DNA of 64,000 nucleotides from an uncultured bacterium (GTDB lineage Bacteria; CSSED10-310). Below, piece by piece: positions 58,322 through 64,000 of this stretch (positions within the stretch are counted from its first letter, which is position 1; each line of letters begins with the position of its first letter). The notes beneath the pieces were generated by a model. The model was given only the letters and a program-made list of their open reading frames with translations. It did no database searches and was not told the origin of the DNA. Where the stretch lies: NCBI GenBank assembly GCA_964404285.1, contig CAYOJK010000001.1, positions 83,797-147,796 of the forward strand. Direction: 5' to 3'. Position numbers and translations under genes: made by a program.

Positions 58322-60310
58322 TTAAGGCAACACACAATACATGTCAATGTACCAATTGGATAGCTCCAATTCAAGAAAAACGGGTTTCAGCCAGATTACA
58401 CGCCCATCAGAACATCCCGTGGAACATGAAGTAACGAGGTCCAACCTGGTCGCTTCGTCGTAACGCATCAGAATCGGAACAGCCAGAAAAGCATAATTTT
58501 CATTTCTGTCATATTCTATCGTACTCACGGGTATATCATTGATCCTGATTTCAGCTCTTAACGAGCAATCTTCTGAAAACAATGATGACTCAAACAAAAC
58601 CACGCAGTAGAGCACAGTGTCATTTAGCGGAGATATTTCAAATTGGATTTCCGAGCCACACTCTTGAACGAGTATTTCCGATTTGTCCTCCACAAGCCCT
58701 TGTATTTGCAATATTGTATTAATCCCAACAGCATGCGCGACGGCATCCGAGAAGTCATGTAATAACAAAGGAGAATCTTTAGGTTTTCGACGATATATAT
58801 CAAAACCCGCAGCTCTCTCCCAACGATAATAATCACTCAATATCCACATCATCAGCTCAGGATATTGCTTCGAAAAACGGCGTGATTCTTCGTCATCAAA
58901 GGGTATATCATTGATTAAAAAAATGTCCGGTGCATGTTGACTGACTTCCTCAAGCATATCCTGGTAATAGATCGGATGAGTAAGCATGCCGGGTAGAAGC
59001 CATTCAAAGTATGATGTATTTTGCAAATTTGTTATGAAATTCAATAGTGGATGAAAAGGAAGCGTCATCATCGTTTGATATTGCATGGTTTTCAACTGCT
59101 CAAGACCACTGATCAGCTCAGACATTTGACGACATTCAGAAGCAAAAACTTTAGCCGAGTAACGGGGATGAGATAACAGGACATTATCTGACTTGATGAC
59201 ACCGATAGATTGATAAATATGGGGATTTTTTATCAGCGAGTCCAATAATAATCCAACAAAGAAAAAGGTTCCGACAATATATTTTATACCCTGATATGTT
59301 TTATTTCTTGTTATCAACCAAACCGACAAAATACTGATCGGAGGAAAACAGCGTAACAAATTTCCAAATCCAGTTCGCCAGATAACCAATCCGAAACCGA
59401 TAAATCCCGTTATAACGATTGCAGTCCGCCACGCATTAAATTGCTTTGACAAGATAATAGACAACCCACTCAACAGCAGTATAATTCCCGTTACATAAAA
59501 AAGGCTGTCCTGAAACAACGAAAAATAATTATTATTTTGAAGGTATTGGAAAGAAAACAAAGGTGGCCAAGAAAGTGACATCCCTTTGAATCCTCCCGAA
59601 AAAGTATTTGTACACAACCCAACATAATGAAGCCATGACTTGATACCTCCTGTATATAACACCAAACTTATTTGACCCGCATACAAAATAAAGCTTGGCA
59701 AAGCATTTATCATATTGGGCCGATTATCTTTTAATCTCCAGTTAATCACCATAAGAAAAGGAAACAGCGCCAATAAAATTATTCCCAATTCAAAACGAAA
59801 CCAGCAGATAAGCAATGCTAAAACACCGCTAATTATCGTATTTAAATAGGTGAGGGGTTTCAGTTGAAGCGCTAGGCTTATGATCATCAGAACAAGGCTG
59901 AATGAAAAAAATCTATAGTAGTAATACATGGGAGTTAATAGATATATAACCCAAGGAATTATAGCGCTTTTTTTCAGGCCTGCTTTTCTGCCTATCAGCC
60001 AGATTAGAGTAGCAAAAAAGGCTGATAGAAATGCCTGTAAAATTCTGGGAGACGACACATGCAATCCACCAATTTTCATTGATAGATAATATAAAATGTA
60101 TCGACCCGGCGGGTAGGCAAAAAAATCTCTAATAGGCCTTTCACCTTGAAACATTCGCAAAGCCCCATTTAAAGGAACTCCTTCATCCCAAATATTCATC
60201 CCATAATTGAAGTAACTTAAAAAATACAGGCACGAAATCAGAAAAATCGTGCAAATGACGGCGACATCTTTTTGCCTGAATCGATTTTTTTTCTGAGAAT
60301 TATCACCCAT
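58322..60310 (-). CDS. polytopic membrane protein, GT-C (ArnT/PMT-like) putative glycosyltransferase
   Basis: 662-aa ORF with ~13 TM helices followed by a ~260-aa soluble C-terminal domain; adjacent to GT2 and sugar-phosphotransferase genes. Confidence 0.55.
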   Translation of the reverse strand: MGDNSQKKNRFRQKDVAVICTIFLISCLYFLSYFNYGMNIWDEGVPLNGALRMFQGERPIRDFFAYPPGRYILYYLSMKIGGLHVSSPRILQAFLSAFFATLIWLIGRKAGLKKSAIIPWVIYLLTPMYYYYRFFSFSLVLMIISLALQLKPLTYLNTIISGVLALLICWFRFELGIILLALFPFLMVINWRLKDNRPNMINALPSFILYAGQISLVLYTGGIKSWLHYVGLCTNTFSGGFKGMSLSWPPLFSFQYLQNNNYFSLFQDSLFYVTGIILLLSGLSIILSKQFNAWRTAIVITGFIGFGLVIWRTGFGNLLRCFPPISILSVWLITRNKTYQGIKYIVGTFFFVGLLLDSLIKNPHIYQSIGVIKSDNVLLSHPRYSAKVFASECRQMSELISGLEQLKTMQYQTMMTLPFHPLLNFITNLQNTSYFEWLLPGMLTHPIYYQDMLEEVSQHAPDIFLINDIPFDDEESRRFSKQYPELMMWILSDYYRWERAAGFDIYRRKPKDSPLLLHDFSDAVAHAVGINTILQIQGLVEDKSEILVQECGSEIQFEISPLNDTVLYCVVLFESSLFSEDCSLRAEIRINDIPVSTIEYDRNENYAFLAVPILMRYDEATRLDLVTSCSTGCSDGRVIWLKPVFLELELSNWYIDMYCVLP

Positions 60311-60391
60311 AACCGTTCGTTTGAAAGGACTCCCCTACCTTGACGCCAAACGTCAATATGAGTAGTGTATGTTATTGTGGAGCGAATAGGA

Positions 60392-61282
60392 ATGATTTCG
60401 ATAATAATTGTGTCTTACAATGTCCCAGATCTTCTAGTCAATTGTATTGAATCCGTAGAAAAATCGGAACAAGCTGGTACATACGAAATCATTGTTGTTG
60501 ACAATGCATCAAAAGACAATGCTCGAGTTATGGTTCAAGAACGTTTTCCAAAAGTTGTTTGGATCCAAAATCAAACCAATCTCGGCTTCGCTTCAGCAGT
60601 CAACATCGGGCTTTTACATGCCCGTGGTAATATCTTTGTTTTGCTCAACCCCGATTCAATCATCCATTCCAATGCCCTGTCTTCACTCAGAGTTTTCTGG
60701 CAATTACACCCGGATGCAGGCATTGTCGGTGGAAAAGTGCTGAATCCAGATGGATCCTTCCAAAAGCAATGCCGACGAAGTTTTCCTACTCCATCAAGCG
60801 CTTTTTTCAGACTATTTAGATTGTCTCGTCTTTTTCCTAATTATAAATTAGCTCATTCTTATGAATTGGATATCGAAGGTATTAATGAAACCCATGAAAT
60901 TGATGCTGTTGCCGGAGCCTTTATGAGTTTTACACGTAATCTGACAGAACTCATAGGTATGTTTGATGAAGGTTATTTTCTAATGGGTGAAGATCTTGAC
61001 TTTTGTTATCGAACAAAACTTGCATCAAAGAAAATCTTTTTTTCTCCAGAAGCAACCATCACACATTTTCATGGCGCCAGTAGACAAACCCAACCAATGA
61101 AAAGCACTTATCATAGCCACATCGCTATGTTCAGATACTTTCGGAAGTTCTTAAAGGATGATTACTCAGCGCTATCGGGCGCTCTTATTTATTCCGGTAT
61201 TGTAATTCATCTACTGATATTCTTGTGTTTAAATTTAATCCCTATGGCCAAGCAACAGTTATCACGACGTGAAAAAGATTAG
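60392..61282 (+). CDS. family 2 glycosyltransferase
   Basis: The ATG at 60392 gives MISIIIVSYNVPDLLVNCIESV...VVDNASKDN, the classic GT2 N-terminus with a DxD-type motif. Confidence 0.85.
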   Translation: MISIIIVSYNVPDLLVNCIESVEKSEQAGTYEIIVVDNASKDNARVMVQERFPKVVWIQNQTNLGFASAVNIGLLHARGNIFVLLNPDSIIHSNALSSLRVFWQLHPDAGIVGGKVLNPDGSFQKQCRRSFPTPSSAFFRLFRLSRLFPNYKLAHSYELDIEGINETHEIDAVAGAFMSFTRNLTELIGMFDEGYFLMGEDLDFCYRTKLASKKIFFSPEATITHFHGASRQTQPMKSTYHSHIAMFRYFRKFLKDDYSALSGALIYSGIVIHLLIFLCLNLIPMAKQQLSRREKD

Positions 61283-62663
61283 TGAACTTCGACGATTGAC
61301 AGTTTTTGTCCTATTTTTGGGAGACCTTATCTGGACTCCTGTCATCTACATGTTTTCCTACTGGCTTCGATCTAAGAGTGCACTGATATTTTTTCATGAG
61401 AAAATGCCATTAGATAGAATGGAAATCGTTAACCATCGTCTGTGGATTCTTATCTTCATGCATATTTTATTTCTATATCTTCATGGTTTTTATGATACGA
61501 TGTCTCTCAGAAGAAAACATGAATCCATTGCTTTAATCATTCGATTGGTTACGTTAGAAACGCTAATCCTGGTTTCAATCTACTTTTTCAGCCAAGATAT
61601 TCTATTTCCTCGATCAATTTTTATAATGATATGGATCCTACTGATTATTTTTACCAGTATATGGCACGTCAATATTAGGCGTATTTTTCAAACTCAGAGC
61701 CTTGAAAGAAGCGTACTTATTGTCGGATCTAATGACGGCATCCAAAAGATTATCGAAGAAATCCGAAGACTCCCAACATACGGTTTAACTATCAAGGGCG
61801 TTCTATTGGATCATGCTAACGGGAAGCCGGCTGCCGATATATTAGGGGTTCCTGTTCTTGGGACTCGTGACGAATTACTGCAGATCATCGATCAACACCA
61901 TATCGATGAAGTTATCCTGTCAGAAAGACAAACATGGCAAGAAAATCTTGTCGATTCAATAAGTAAAATAGAACAGTTGCCGACACGTATTTGTATCCTA
62001 CCGAATTTTTATGAGATATTGATTGGAAAAATTAATCACTTGCGCCTGTATGATATTCCTCTTATCGAGATGATTAAGCATCCGGAAACACCAGCTTCCA
62101 AACGATTTTTCGATATCATAATATCCTTGGCCGTTCTGATTTTATCCTTACCGATTTTACTAGTTGCTTGCCTCTTTGTATTCCTGCTGATGGGACCACC
62201 AATAATATTTAAACAGGAACGTGTAGGAAAAGATAAAAAAAGTTTTTCGATCTATAAGCTCAGAACAATGATTCGAGATGCTGAGATAGAAACCGGCCCG
62301 GTTTTAACTGGAGAAATCGATCCGCGCATCACTCCACTAGGCCGTATTTTGCGAAAATATCGAATAGATGAGATACCACAAGTATTTAATATTCTTCAAG
62401 GAGATATGAGTTTTGTCGGTCCCAGGCCTGAAAGACCGCATTTTGTCAATCAATACATCAATCAAGTTGTAGGGTATGGGGAGAGATTTAAAGCTCTTCC
62501 CGGCTTGACTGGATTGGCACAGGTCAATGGTGGCTATGCATCGTCTCCTGAAAACAAATTGAAATATGATTTAGCATATATTTATAACCGATCACTTTGG
62601 CTGGACCTTAAAATCATTATTGAGACCATAAAAGTGATTTTGACGGGTCGTGTCAACCCTTAA
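61269..62663 (+). CDS. polyprenyl (undecaprenyl)-phosphate glycosyl-1-phosphate transferase (WbaP/EpsL-type sugar transferase)
   Basis: 464-aa ORF with N-terminal TM helices, a central Rossmann-like region and a C-terminal bacterial sugar-transferase domain (KLRTM...ILQGDMSFVGPRPERP); GTG start. Confidence 0.88.
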   Translation: MKKISELRRLTVFVLFLGDLIWTPVIYMFSYWLRSKSALIFFHEKMPLDRMEIVNHRLWILIFMHILFLYLHGFYDTMSLRRKHESIALIIRLVTLETLILVSIYFFSQDILFPRSIFIMIWILLIIFTSIWHVNIRRIFQTQSLERSVLIVGSNDGIQKIIEEIRRLPTYGLTIKGVLLDHANGKPAADILGVPVLGTRDELLQIIDQHHIDEVILSERQTWQENLVDSISKIEQLPTRICILPNFYEILIGKINHLRLYDIPLIEMIKHPETPASKRFFDIIISLAVLILSLPILLVACLFVFLLMGPPIIFKQERVGKDKKSFSIYKLRTMIRDAEIETGPVLTGEIDPRITPLGRILRKYRIDEIPQVFNILQGDMSFVGPRPERPHFVNQYINQVVGYGERFKALPGLTGLAQVNGGYASSPENKLKYDLAYIYNRSLWLDLKIIIETIKVILTGRVNP

Positions 62664-62710
62664 AACCTTTTAAAACGACGAATTCGTCAGGAACATTTAA
62701 TTGGCCTGAC

Positions 62711-63934
62711 TCAAAAAGCCGGAATCAATAATTTCCGACCGGCAATGATCAAATCATTTTGCAGTAGATTTGTTGCCATCAACGACTCAACCGTAATTCC
62801 AAAGCGGTAAGAAATACCGATCAACGTATCCCCAGGTTGAATGACATACTCAATTTCTTTGTCCCCAGAATTTGCTAAAGCAAGAAAATCTTGTATTTTT
62901 TTAAAGTGATCAACCGGTATATTTAATTCAAAACCAGGATATTCCGGAGGTGTTATATTTCGTTTCAGAGCTGGGTTGAGTTCTTTTATTTTTTGAAGTG
63001 GAATCCCTGTTTTTTCCGAAAGAAAACGTAAGTCCAACTGTTTGTCCAACGATAGAACAGCCATTTCCTGCATTTTTGGCGCTGGGAACATGACCCCGTG
63101 TGATTCAGGGTCTCTTTCAATCAAAGCAAGCGCCATCAATGCTGCAACGTAAAAACGAGTTTGTGGGGAGAACTCTTTTTTTTGTGCCATTTCCCAGTAA
63201 TCTTCGCTCCCGTTATTGCGTATTGCTTTGAAAACACATCCTTCACCGCTGTGATAGGCTGCAAACGCCAAAAACCAATTACCGGTCTTTTCATAAAGAT
63301 ACTCTAGTAAATCCAAGGCTGCCTGTGTCGCTTTGACCGGATCTCGTCGCTCATCTATCCACTTGTCTATTCTTAAGCCAAATGAACGGGCAGTCATTGG
63401 CATCAGTTGCCACAAGCCGGCCGCATTCGATTTTGACGTTGCCGAATTCAAAAACCAGGATTCAACCATTGGAATCCATTTAACCGCTTCCGGCATACCC
63501 CTTTGACGGACTTGATCCTGAATCATCTCAATTGACAACCTACGACGCACTAAAGCAGATTCATAATCATCTCTATATTTGACTAAAAAATAATTTTTAC
63601 ATCTGCCTACAAGTCCAACCTCTGGAACATTTAATTGAACCAAGGCTTTTTGCAGCTGTTCTTCCTCCTGGTCACCCTCACAGATTTGATCAGAAATTTT
63701 TTCTATATCTAACAACTCTTCTTCTGTACCTGATTCTTGAAAAAGCTCTTCATCAAAAGTTAACAGATTCTTTTCCATTACAGGTTGCTCATCATCCAGG
63801 ATCAAATCGACAGGTCCCATCACATCATTTTTTTTCCAATGTATACAGCCAACCAAGTGAATGATCGCAAAAATTACATATATTTTATAAATAAAAGACC
63901 GCATAACGACGAATAGTTCCGCCGAAAAACCCAT
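62711..63934 (-). CDS. membrane-bound lytic murein transglycosylase with C-terminal LysM domain (MltD-like)
   Basis: 407-aa ORF with an SLT-domain catalytic region (ES...GLWQLMP, AAYHSGEG) and a C-terminal LysM (YVIQPGDTLIGISYRFGITVESL). Confidence 0.8.
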   Translation of the reverse strand: MGFSAELFVVMRSFIYKIYVIFAIIHLVGCIHWKKNDVMGPVDLILDDEQPVMEKNLLTFDEELFQESGTEEELLDIEKISDQICEGDQEEEQLQKALVQLNVPEVGLVGRCKNYFLVKYRDDYESALVRRRLSIEMIQDQVRQRGMPEAVKWIPMVESWFLNSATSKSNAAGLWQLMPMTARSFGLRIDKWIDERRDPVKATQAALDLLEYLYEKTGNWFLAFAAYHSGEGCVFKAIRNNGSEDYWEMAQKKEFSPQTRFYVAALMALALIERDPESHGVMFPAPKMQEMAVLSLDKQLDLRFLSEKTGIPLQKIKELNPALKRNITPPEYPGFELNIPVDHFKKIQDFLALANSGDKEIEYVIQPGDTLIGISYRFGITVESLMATNLLQNDLIIAGRKLLIPAF

Positions 63935-64000
63935 TTTTTAGTTTTTCAGTGTATTGATTAAAAGGTCGATCTGACTTCTCAGATCAGAATTTGACTCCAT

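Noticed and set aside
1-64000. Search for CRISPR arrays, rRNA genes or IS-element terminal inverted repeats
   Set aside because: No regularly spaced direct repeats, no rRNA-like conserved blocks and no transposase ORFs were seen. The only mobile-element enzymes are the serine recombinase and the replication-relaxation protein.

Overview
This is a 64 kb stretch of a moderately AT-rich bacterial chromosome. The host is probably diderm, since the window encodes a LolB-like lipoprotein, an outer-membrane beta-barrel and many Sec/lipoprotein signal peptides. The left 16 kb is conserved housekeeping on the minus strand: pth (5' part), rplY/ctc, prs, tRNA-Gln, ispE and a lolB-like gene. A TPR lipoprotein, a B12-type radical SAM enzyme, a hexapeptide-repeat (LbH) transferase, tsaC, an outer-membrane protein and an S8 peptidase follow. 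After these come mazG, a GAF-GGDEF cyclase, a DksA/TraR protein and a large membrane/TPR protein. At 16.6 kb an intact comM (Mg-chelatase-like ATPase) is followed by about 17 kb of foreign DNA. A diverged ~595 bp copy of the comM 3' end plus its rho-independent terminator reappears at 35.0-35.6 kb. This is the signature of a genomic island integrated into the comM 3' end. The island carries a 2368-aa Sec-signal RHS/YD-repeat polymorphic toxin whose C-terminal domain has an HExxH metallopeptidase motif, with a translationally coupled secreted candidate immunity gene. It also carries a visibly GC-richer ~4.3 kb replicative/mobile module (Cas4-like Fe-S PD-(D/E)XK nuclease, replication-relaxation protein, two HTH regulators) flanked by a large serine recombinase, and a degenerate second copy of the RHS-tail/immunity junction. 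Two pairs of short direct repeats (60 bp and ~37 bp) tie the RHS 3' end at 27.4 kb to an orphan membrane-protein cassette at 19.1-19.6 kb and bracket the mobile module. The giant RHS ORF is actually two units in one frame: an N-terminal beta-helix protein with a C-terminal membrane anchor, then a strong internal RBS and a second signal peptide that starts the RHS protein proper. To the right of the island lie an orphan nucleotidyltransferase and an AT-rich defence islet holding a Bro-N protein, a 1.27 kaa MmeI-like Type IIG R-M enzyme and a DUF4143 AAA ATPase. A dnaK-dnaJ-hspR-dnaJ heat-shock operon follows, then an M20 peptidase and a surface-glycan locus with two GT-C-like membrane proteins, a GT2 and a polyprenyl glycosyl-phosphotransferase. 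The window ends with an MltD-like LysM lytic transglycosylase. No CRISPR array or rRNA was seen. Coordinates I derived by hand may be off by a base or two.
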